Below, piece after piece: positions 1 to 11,900 of a stretch of 64,000 nucleotides of DNA (within the stretch, counting starts at the first letter, position 1; each line of letters opens with the position of its first letter). Origin of the DNA: Haliotis rubra (Eukaryota); assembly GCF_003918875.1 (NCBI RefSeq), contig NW_025766514.1, positions 868,001 through 932,000 on the forward strand, written 5' to 3'. Under the pieces are notes generated by a model, which worked only from the letters and a program-made list of their open reading frames with translations, had not been told where the DNA came from and searched no databases. The translations under genes and the position numbers were made by a program.

Positions 1-911
1 ACTGAGAAGCCTGCTTCTCATGTCATGTTGGCATGTAACGAGGAAGGTCATCCACCAAGATGCCTGCTTCTCATGTCATGTTGGCATGTAACGAGGAAGG
101 TCATCCACCGAGAAGCCTTTACAGCTAGTGACAGGACAACACAACTTGTCTCAGTCAGTCAGGACTAGTTTCAACAAAAATATCCAAGAAACTATTGCCA
201 AGGTAAATGAAATAATAGACAGTTTCTCCACCATATTTGTTTGATAGAATGTTAGACTTGCATTTCTAAACAATTCTAAGCTAAAATAGAATCCTTTATA
301 CAAGAAACTGTTGTATGACTCACTTCAGTTATGGTGCCATAACTCGGGATGACTCTAAAGCTTCTCATTTAGACCCTGCTGCTCCAGCTCTATGCTACTT
401 TCCTTCATACTACTTCCCCTTCTTGTCAATATGGTCACAAATAGTTTATCAAAAACACATATTACGTGTATTTAGTACAAATGTAATGCTGCCAGTGTAG
501 GTGAGTGAGTGAGTTAGGGTCAATGACAGTATAACGGACCAACCAATGGACAGCAGGGCTTCTTCCGACAATAATAACAACACCTAGGGGTTGGAAATTA
601 GCCTCCTGAACATCTCCGAGTCTGACCCCTGTACATGTTGGTTTCTACAGTGGTCCTGGATACACACATCAGTCTTTGCTTGTGAATGTTGTGGTATCTA
701 TGACGACACTGTGTATGTGAACAAAGTCTAGGAAACACAAATACATTGTAAAGGTCTATAAAAAGAACCTTAAATAGTTCTGTAGTTGAAACTGTTTACA
801 GTTCTATAGTACAACATGTTCCAGGGGTTCTGGTAGAATTGGTGTCCTCAACACTCAACAGTTTTCATCCGTGGACTGAGACAGATACAAGGAAGTGTCC
901 ACATCAGAGTT

Positions 912-1150
912 GAGTGTCTGCATGCCTAAGTGTCTGCATGTCTGAGTGCCTGCTTGTGTGAGTGCATGTCTGAGTGCCCGAGAGTGCTTGTCTGAGCGTC
1001 TGCTTGTGCGAGTGTCTGCTTGTCTGAGTGTCTAAGTGTCAGAGTATCTGAGAGTCTGCATGTCTGAGTGTCCCAGAATCACTTTTACAAGTCTGCTTGT
1101 GTGAGCGTCCGCTTGTCTGAGTGTCCGCTTGTGTGAGAGTCTGAGTGAGT
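912..1150. repeat. Degenerate ~16-bp tandem repeat (GAGTGTCTGCWTGTCT)
   Basis: visible periodicity. Confidence 0.75.
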
Positions 1151-1688
1151 GACTAGGCCAGCAGCTCCCCTAGGTACGTAATGCTGATGACGACAATCTC
1201 ACACATCACAAGCATGTCGGCACAGGTCGGCAATTGCTTCTGGAGATGAATGTTGATGACATATTCACATTGTGTGTGATAGAATCTCAAGGACTTGTGC
1301 AAGAGTCTTTGTAGCCACCAGTACGTAGTGGCCACGTGTGAAGCGCCACTTGTATGTTAAACACATTCTGATACAACTGATGGAAAGTGGAATCAAAACA
1401 ACTATTGGTCATGTTTCTATCATCACTGTGAGCGCCCCTTCATCCTGCTGTACACTGCACACAGAACATCTTCAACACTGGTGTAACAAACATGGAATTG
1501 AGTTGTCTCCCTTTGACATCCTTGACCTTGCTGCATCAGTTTCAGGGATGAGTGAAAAAGATCCAATGACACCAGCGCGATTAAATCTTTGGAAAATTCT
1601 CATCCCTGCATATTACACTGTACTTCATAACATAACCAGTGATGAGAAAATAACACATACTGTCAAAATTAGCATTTAGAGAATCTGG

Positions 1689-2277
1689 CAGTCTAAGTAA
1701 ACTTAGGCTCAGTATTATTCGTTACACTGCTATACTGAGTCTAACAAAACCTAGTAGAAGGTCGCGTCAGCTAACCTTTTGGACTGACCAATCAAAACAC
1801 AGCTTACCAAATCGCGAAAGTTAACATTCGCACATACTGTTTGAACCTTTACCTAAAAAACCCGAACTGGAATGCTATTTTCCGCACGATCGCTTCCGAG
1901 TGATACACGCAATGAGTAAACAGTCACTGAAAATAGCGCTTTTGTCAATACTCAAGGATGTTATCTTGCGAAAATATAAGCAAATAGTAACCATGTCATT
2001 AGAAACCCATAAGCGTATATACTGCAGGTCAAATATCTGTGTTTTATGCAGATTTTCATTTGTTGATAGATCAGTGCCAACGACCAGGGAAGAGAAAATT
2101 CAAAAAACGTTTTGTAAGTCCCGCCGAACCCTAACAAGTAGTCCTTGTCTAATTGGTTAAATCCGTTCGGTCGTCTTGCGTTTGATTGGACGGTCATAGA
2201 TCGCTCAAAGGTAGCTGACGCTACCTTCTACTAGGTTTTGTTAGACTCAGTATAGCAGTGTAAGTTTACTTAGACTG
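1689..2277. mobile_element. MITE (non-autonomous DNA transposon), ~70-bp TIRs, 10-bp TSD GAGAATCTGG, in presumptive 3'UTR
   Basis: CAGTCTAAGTAAACTTA..CACTGCTATACTGAGTCTAACAAAACCTAGTAGAAGG at left is the reverse complement of 2208-2277; TSD at 1679-1688 and 2278-2287. Confidence 0.9.
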
Positions 2278-2368
2278 GAGAATCTGGAGACTTATGAGAA
2301 ACACTTCCAACACTGTGGAGAACTGTGATGTGGCAGTCATGCATGCATGCCCCGCCATTAATGAATCA

Positions 2369-2609
2369 TCAGATGCGTGTACAGTGATTGGAGGCAGTCA
2401 ATGGCTCCGTCTCCGGGGGATCATAGTCATACTTGGGGTTATAACCCAGGTCATCCATGGGGTAGCTGTGTTCCATGTAGGTCTGCATGTACGGGGGTGC
2501 AGTTGGCTCGGGGGGAGGGGGGTGGGTACGCCATTAGGGTCTCCTCATGCTCTGTATCTTCGTGTTCACGTACCCGCTCTGTGACGCCACAGCAGCACTT
2601 GGTGAAGAA
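2369..2609 (-). CDS. SLC6-like exon 14, cytoplasmic tail: FFTKCCCGVTERVREHEDTEHEETLMAYPPPPPEPTAPPYMQTYMEHSYPMDDLGYNPKYDYDPPETEPLTASNHCTRI*
   Basis: attttcag acceptor at 2610. The stated translation needs one base removed from the G6-A-G6 run at 2510-2522; stop TGA at 2371-2369. Confidence 0.8.
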
Positions 2610-2906
2610 CTGAAAATACATTGCGGAATGTCAAAACTTAGACCAGGAAACCTTAAACCCTGCGAGTGAGTCTGTGTTTTACCGATGACTTACAACTGCA
2701 GAAGGGGTGGTGGGGTACCATTATGTATTCAAAAATGTGTTCATATAATTACATCATTAACAAAAAATTACATTGACCATTTAAAAGTAATTTCATTTTT
2801 GTAGCAAGTAAGTCTCTCATGTTTGACTGTGTGTGGCCACTGGCTGTGTGTGTATGACCACTGGCTGTCCGTGTGTATGACCACTGGCTGTGTGTGTATG
2901 ACCACT

Positions 2907-2943
<37 letters not shown>

Positions 2944-5900
2944 CCACTGGCTGTGGCTGTTCGTGTGTATGACCACTGGCTGTGTGTGTATGACCACTGG
3001 TTGTGTGTGTGTGACCACTGGCTGTCCGTGTGTATGACCACTGGCTGTGTGTGTATGACATACCCCAGGTCCATGTGTGGTGAAGAGTGTGTGTAGCGCT
3101 CCCAGCAGGATGCCGATGTAAGGGAGGACAGCGATGCACCAGCTCACAATCTTCCACGGCTTGGGGAACGTGTAGTTAACCTCCTCATACATCAGATCAC
3201 GGTCATACGTCTTCAGGAACAGCGTGAACCACATGCCCTGTTGGGAGTACACAAACATATAAACCATACACCCTGTGAGGAGTACACAAACATATAAACC
3301 ATACACCCTGTGAGGAGTACACGAATATATAAACCATACACCCTGTGAGGAGTACACGAATATATAAACCATACACCCTGTGAGGAGTACACAAACATAT
3401 AAACCATACACCCTGTGAGGAGTACACATGAACATATAAACCATACACCCTGTGAGGAGTACACGAACATATAAACCATACACCCTGTGAGGAGTACACG
3501 AACATATAAACCATACACCCTGTGAGGAGTACATGAACATATTAACCATACATCCTGTGAGGAGTACACGAACATATAAACCATACACCCTGTGAGGAGT
3601 ACATGAACATATAAACCATACACCCTGTGAGGAGTACATGAACACCCATGCATCCTGTGAGGAGTACACGAACATATAAACCATACACCCTGTGAGGAGT
3701 ACATGAACATATTAACCATACATCCTGTGAGGAGTACATGAACATATAAACCATACATCCTGTGAGGAGTACACAAATTACGGATACGACTGTATGCTAC
3801 AGCTATAGGTGTGGACATGTACTCACTGCAGTAAAGAGTGCTGAGACAAATAACCACAGACCCATGATGATTCTCTCAGCCAGGGCAAAGTTCTGTTTCA
3901 CTGAAACACAAGATGAGTCTGCAGAATGCTTCACTGACTGGTGTCAGTTTTACACTGCTTCTAAAAACATCCAGAAATATCCCGGTCCCCAAATGGTATG
4001 ACAGAAAGACTTGTCTTGAATACATGAATAGGTTTTGTTTGGTACTGGTTACCAGCATTAGACATACAGTGCACCCTGGCTATAATGCCACCTTGGATAT
4101 AATGCCATTTGCCAGAATGGATTTCCTGTCTAAATAATACCCTGGTTATAATGACAAACTGGATGTAATGCCATTTGCCAATGGTTTTTGGAACGAAAGT
4201 CATTTTCAGGTTAACACATGTGACAATACACTTCCAGCCCCCTACAAGAAGTCACCTGCAGCCCCGAGACGCTGGGATTTTCCAGTCATTCAAGGCTCAT
4301 TACCGCAGACATAACCTCAGTCACCTTGTTGATTGCGTAGGGCCTCTAACTGCCTTGATTGTTAGCGTTATGAGCATACCTAGTGTGGAGTTTGGTGCTA
4401 TATAAATGGACATATTATTATTATTATTACCTGGTTATAATGCCACTCTGGATATAATGCCATATTTTCTCCTAGACAAACGGTGGCATTATAACCAGGG
4501 TATACTGTACGTGGAGTCTTGTTCAAGAACACATGCTCTCAATGTCAGATTCACATAGATTATCTCGTGTTAAAGTTAAACATCAGCACTGTCAATGATA
4601 CGTGCTAGAGTGATATACTCACCATACACAACCAGCAGGCCGAACGCCAGCAGTATAACCAGTATAAACTGAACTTTAGAGATGGACTGGTCGATGAGGA
4701 TGAAGTAGTACATGCCTGCCTGAAGAAGAAGAACACCAAGTCAGTCATGTATTACACACCTGTATCTACCGTGGTTGTCTATAGAATCCCCAATATATAT
4801 AAACGACACACATGTATCTACCTTTAGCAACACATGTATCTACCTTGGTTGTCTGTAGAATCCCCATTCCTTTAACGACACATTTATCTACCTCGGTTGG
4901 CTATAGAATCCCCATTCCTTTAGAGACACACCTCTATCTACATTTAGCGACACACCTGTATCTACCTTTAGCGATACATGTATCTACCTTGGTTGTCTGT
5001 AGAATCCCCATTCCTTTAGCAACACACCTGTATCTACCGTTAGCGACACACATGTATCTACCTTTAGCGACACACCTGTATCTACCTTTAGCGACACACA
5101 TGTATCTACCTTTAGCAACACACCTGTATCTACCTTTAGTGACACATGTATCTACCTTGGTTGTCTGTAGAATCCCCATTCCTTTAGCAACACACCTGTA
5201 TCTACAGTTAGCGACACACATGTATCTACCTTTAGCGACAGACCTGTATCTACCTTTAGTGACACATGTATCTACCTTGGTTGTCTGTAGAATCCCCATT
5301 CCTTTAACGACACATTTATCTACCTTGGTTGTCTGTAGAATCCCCATTCCTTTAGCAACACACATGTATCTACCTTTAGCGACACACCTGTATCTACCTT
5401 TAGCAACACATGTATCTATCTTGGTTGTCTGTACAATCCCCCATGCCTTTAACAACACACCTGTATCTACCTTTAGTGACACACCTGTATCTACCTTTAG
5501 CGACACACCTGTATCTACCGTTAGCGACACATGTATCTACCTTGGTTGTCTGTAGAACCCACATTCCTTTAACAATACACCTGTATCTACCGTTAGAGAC
5601 AGATGTATTTACCTCTAACAACACACCTGGATCTAACTTCAGCGACACACCTGTATCTACCGTTAGCGACACATGTATCTACCTTGGTTGTCTGTAGAAT
5701 CCCCATGCCTTTAGCGATACACATGACGACGAAGGTCATGAGCAGGTGGATGACGATCTTGCTGCAGCACTTCTTGTCTATCCACTCCTCCAAACTGTCC
5801 ATGATGTTGTCCACGATAGTCAATGAGCCCACCACCTGGGCACAGATATGTAACAACATCTCCGAACACTGCACACTGGAAATGGCTTCAAGTTTCCCGA

Positions 5901-8900
5901 ATATCAAAATGGTATTTTGTGTACCTAGAATTTGCTTTGACATTAGAGATTAACTCACTAACACATCTAATAACTTTCAAAATCAATGCAGGCCTGAATG
6001 TGATGGTGAAACGCTTGGCCACTTTAACAGTTACACAAGAAATGGGCTTCACACGTTGTACCCATGGGAGAATCGAACCCAGGACTTCGTTGTGATGAGC
6101 AAACGCTTTACCCACTAGGCTACCCCACCTCCCCTGTCACCCCTGTAACAAACAACAGGAAATAAACACGTATATGTATCTGATCACTACAGCACAGCTT
6201 AAGGTATATGTATCCGATCACTACAGCACAGCTTAACGTATATGTATCCGATCACTACAGCACAGCTTAACTCAAGACATCGGGTTAGTTACTGTTTTCC
6301 ATTAAATGTCCTTCATATTAAGCATCCATTTGTAATTGTGTCAGATTGTCCTGAAATTATTTATAGCTTGGTCACATTTCGCCAACTCACCAAGAACATG
6401 AGACCGAAGAGGAATGCAGACAGGAGGAAGAGGAAAGCGTAGATGGGTGGAATGTTGAGCACGGTGAACGCTGCCGGCATCTGCCACAGCACCAACCCTG
6501 GACCCACTTGATCTGAAACACACAAACACACACTAGGATAAACACAGCTCAGAAATTATGGAATTCAGAACCAACTGTGCCAGAACTCAGAACCATCTTA
6601 GTCTGTATAATGGAACTCACAACTTACTCTGCATGCTGAACTTGGTATGCTGGAACTTAACACTTACTCCGCATGCCAGGACTCAGAACTTACTCCGCAT
6701 GCCAGGACTCAGAACTTACTCCGCATGCCAGGACTCAGAACTTACTCTGCATGCCAGGACTCAGAACTTACTCCGCATGCCAGGACTCAGAACTTACTCT
6801 GCATGCCAGGACTCAGAACTTACTCCACATGCCAGGACTCAGAACTTACTCTGCATGCCAGGACTCAGAACTTACTGCTGTTTGCCAGACTCAGAACTTA
6901 CTCTGCATGCCAGGACTCTGCTGTTTGAAGATCATGTCACCTAGGTACGGCGCCATAGCGATTGGAGGGAGCTGGCTGCAGAGTGCGTAGACACCAATCA
7001 TAAGAACCCAAGTGCTGCAAAGGAAGAAAGAGGTGTTGTACACTTGAGCATCATCAGAGTTGACAGGCTACGATGCTGTGTTGTCTCCTCCTTGAACTGA
7101 TGGCACTATATAATGGTACTTACATGACGGTACTACATGACGGTACTGGTATATGAGGGTACTATATGATGGTACTGCTATATGAGGGTACTATATGATG
7201 GTACTCACATGTTTCGTATTGACCTCCCCTTGCCACACATCTTGCCCATGGTTGCAGCGATGATGGTCCACACCGGCAGCGAGTTCATTACCACCAGCAG
7301 GGACTGATGCCAGCTCTGTAGGGGAACACATACATCATAGCTCATATGTTTACGGAGAATTAATTACATCCAACAGAACCTGGTGTGTATAAATACATGA
7401 GGGAATGTATTCTTGGATGTTGGCATGGAGTATATGTACATGTAAAGCACTGTACTCTGGGATGTAGGCATTTTGTATACGTACACATAAAGAACTGTAT
7501 TCTGGGATGTAGGCATGGTGTATACGTACACATAAAGAACTGTATTCTGGGATGTAGGCATGGTGTATATGTACATGTAAAGCACTGTATTCTGGGATGT
7601 AGGCATGGTGTATACGTACATGTAAAGAACTGTATTCTGGGATGTAGGCATGGTGTATATGTACATGTAAAGCACTGTACTCTGGGATGTAGGCATGGTG
7701 TATACGTACACGTAAAGCACTGTATTCTGGGATGTAGGCATGGTGTATATGTACATGTAAAGCACTGTATTCTGGGATGTAGGCATGGTGTACATGTACA
7801 TGTAAAGCACTGTATTATGGGATGTAGGCATGGTGTATATGTACATGTAAAGCACTGTATTCTGGGATGTAGGCATGGTGTATATGTACATGTAAAGCAC
7901 TGTATTCTGGGATGTAGGCATGGTGTATAACGCATACATGTAAGCACTGTATTCTGGGATGTAGGCATGGTGTATATGTACATGTAAAGCACTGTATTAT
8001 GGGATGTAGGCATGGTGTATACGTACATGTAAAGCACTGTATTATGGGATGTAGGCATGGTGTATATGTACATGTAAAGCACTGTATTCTGGGATGTAGG
8101 CATGGTGTATACGTACATGTAAAGCACTGTATTCTGGGATGTAGGCATGGTGTATATGTACACGTAAAGCACTGTATTCTGGGATGTTGGCATGGTGTAT
8201 ACGTACACGTAAGGAACTGTATTCTGGGATGTTGGCATGGTGTATATGTACATGTAAAGCACTGTATTCTGGGATGTAGGCATGGTGTATACGTACACGT
8301 AAAGCACTGTATTCGGAGTTGTAGGAGTACACTTGCTTGAGGTAGGCGAGGGCAGCGGAGCGGTCAAGGTGGGTGTAACCGTAGCCCAGCACAGCCAACA
8401 GACAGGACAGAGCAGCTGGACCCATCACAAACAACACCTGCAAACGAAGGCAGAAACGTGATGCGTCTTGACAAGGTACACTGCACTACATTGACAGAAA
8501 CTTTGGCAGCCATTGGGTCCTCCTCCATAATTGTTGCTATGGTATTTTAACTGAAGTAATTTCTTTAACCCTTTCATAACTTTTATGGTTAAAACAAGAA
8601 CTCGATCTTGATGTACATACTTAACATTGTACGTTCAGGTTTTTCCAATTTCCAAAGGTCAAAGACCTCTGTTTGTTTTTTACATATTTAACAAATAAAA
8701 GCAAAACAATATGCTGAATTTACTCAAGATTCTGTTGATATACATCAGATAATATCCAATAGAAATGATTTAAATATTATTCAATTCCTTCTTTGTGAGG
8801 CCCAGTTAAATCTGATATCAGCACTGTAGAGAGGGAAAATGTAAGCTCCCATGAAGGTGAAAGGCACTAAAGTGAGTATCTACCCATCCACAGAAGCGTC

Positions 8901-11900
8901 CCCCCGAAGCCAACGAGGAGGAAGATGATGACCCACACAATGGCTAACGTCACCGGCATCAGTGAGACCTCCGCCTTCCGCGCAATCTCCGTGAACTTCC
9001 ATTGAGGAAACCCATCCATGGAATCCACACCAGTGGAGAGCTGCAGAAACTCGTGTCTGTAAGTAAATACAATACTCTCATCATAGGGGCAAGCAAATAC
9101 TGTACTCTCATACTTTCAACTGCTTAATAATAACACAATCTGTGCAATTAAAGCACTAACATTACTACCCTGGTCACTGGGTCAGTGTATACCTCCACCC
9201 CAGCTGCCTGTGAGGCACGAGAAGGTTAATGGTTACATGACCATCCCATCCCACCGGGTACTAGTGTTGGGAATTGGTTTCAATCTCATAATGTTGATTG
9301 CTTCATTACAACTGATCAATCATCGAAAATAATTGCATTATTTATGAAATTTTCCAGGTTCTTTTTTTTTGTTAATGCAAAAAAACATAATGAAAAAAAC
9401 ATGTAGTTCTTTGGGTTTTTTGTGTGGCAAATTTCACATCTTGAAAGGATGACTAGTATGTTAGGAACAAAAGTCTTCCTGGAGTCTTTAAGATAAATTC
9501 AATCATGCCTTGGAACAAGCTTGTAGTCGTTATGAAATGTAACTTACAAAACCAAACTTGTGAAAAATATTGTTAATGCAAAAAGTGTTCCAGAATTGTT
9601 TGTGTTCGATTATGAGAAAACATGATCGATTGCTTGGTCGTTTAGTCACTGTGACCTATCTTCGATTTTTTCAATTAATCGGACCACCACTACCGGGTAC
9701 CCATTCACTGCATGGTAAACAGAGACAATTTTGAACAAAGTCACTGGCCTAGAGTACAACCACATGTGTTACATGTACTTTGTTGTGGGGAAGGACTGAA
9801 GTCCAAGACACTCTCAGGAATCAAGCTGCCAAACACGGTCACCCATCAAAGGATTCCCTGCAACCAACTCTGCTTCACTTCCACTGATTTACGATACATG
9901 TGCTCTTTGCACAAATCCAAACAACACCACTGTCTCTGAGTGACTGATGAATAAGATATGTGTTAGCTCTCTAAGAGTGAGTGAGAGAGTGAGTATGGTT
10001 TAACGCTGCTTTTAGCAATATTCCAGCAATATCGCAGTGGAGGGCACCAGAAATGGGCCAGCTCTCTAAGAGTGAGTGAGTGAGTTATTATTTAACGTCA
10101 CATCGGCAATATTGCAGCCATATCGTGACGAGAACATATTTGATTTTGAAGTGGAATATATGTATAATATAAACCTGTCAACGAAGGACAGTAAAACAAC
10201 TAGAATATCACAATTAGCTCTCTAAGAAGTATTTGAACAAAGCACCAACTGTCAAGATGAAGTCAATGTAGCATGCGGGTGACAGCTGACCAATTTAACC
10301 CCCTTTGGTAATGTAAAACATCTCTGACTTACCTGTAAAACAGCTCCTCAGCTCTTCGGTAGGATTTCATGTTGTTCAAAATTCTACAACAGAAAAGTGC
10401 ATTCTTGACAGTGTCAGACAATAGAGGAGGTTCAAGCCCTATCTACCACACCAAAATGACAAAAATATAAAGGATAAAAATCTTTCAAGAAACTCATTCG
10501 ACCTGTTCATTCAACTTTAAAACTTTCCATTCCATGACAACACTGACTGACCGAGTATGGTTTTTAGCGGCTTTTAGCAATATTCCAGCAATATCACGGC
10601 GGGGACACCAGAAATGGGCTTCACACATTGTACCCATGTGGGGAAAGGAACCCGGGTCTTCGGCATGATGAGCGAACACTTTAACCATTAGGCTACCCCA
10701 CCGCCCCTACTAGTGACAGTGACTCAGTTCAGTGCTACATGGTGTCCCAGAGTTGGACTGACATTCATTCAGTAAGCCTTGGATCTGCATAGGTAAACGT
10801 CTAACTGATTTTTTCAACAAGCTTCAAATGACCGTTGCCAACAGACAATTTGTTGTAGTTGTATTTGTGTCTGTTACCATGGTTACTTACTTCACTTCTG
10901 AAAAGCCATCATAGCAGAAGGGCTGGTCCACTATAGCCTTACAGTTGCCCCACACATATGGCTGCTCGGAGATGGCGATGAAGGCGTAGGTGCCGAACTG
11001 GGCCACGATGGGGGCAAGGTTGGTGAGTCTCAGCAGCAAGTCTATCACAGCCACAACACCAACACCTGTAACAATAATTATAATAATAATAATGATAGCT
11101 TATTTGTATTACGCTTTTTCCATACTTGGATATTATGCTCAAAGCGCAGTGAGGATTGATCCTGTAACACGGATATAGAGGGACTAGACATGGCAGACAT
11201 GATAGCCACTTACAAGTGTAAAAGTGCGCACAGCTCGCATACCCCCGCTTCCCACTGTGGGACTTGGAGGTGAGGTGAAATAGGGTTTAACGTCGTACTT
11301 GAGAATGTTTCGCTCATATGACTTAAGCTGGTTTAATAGTGCTAGCCCACAGAGATACCATGCCACAGTGAAGCATGAATACCCCACTCAGACACATTAT
11401 ACTGACTCCAAGCCGACCAGTCCTTGTTGTACCCATGTTGAACTGATTCATGCCGAGCGCCAGGCAGGAGCCAACAAGCACCATATTTGAACGTCTTTTG
11501 GTATGACACGGACGGGGATCGACCCCGTGACCTTCTCCGGGCGGATGCTCTAACCACTACACCACCGAGGTGGTCTTGGGACATGGACATGACTGATATT
11601 GATATATACAATTGGTACATATGACATGAAGAAAGACAATGAAAAGTGAAAAGTTAACATCACACTTTGAATAATCACATTTTGCAAAAAGAAATCGCAC
11701 AAGGCACATCTGTTGGTCATGATTAACTTGTGTGTTAAGTTTGGTGAACCTAACATGTATAGTTTCAGTGCTCCGGACAAGACAACCATCAAACACATTT
11801 TGCACTATGTCGTGTTTCTATGGAAACAGAAAAAAAAAAATTCTGATAAACTTCAACTTAGCAAAAGCCACATCTGTGAGTGTTGACTAACATATGTATG

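Noticed and set aside
9836-9895. 5S rRNA gene
   Set aside because: Only the internal control region is similar, it is diverged, and it is attached to a SINE body.
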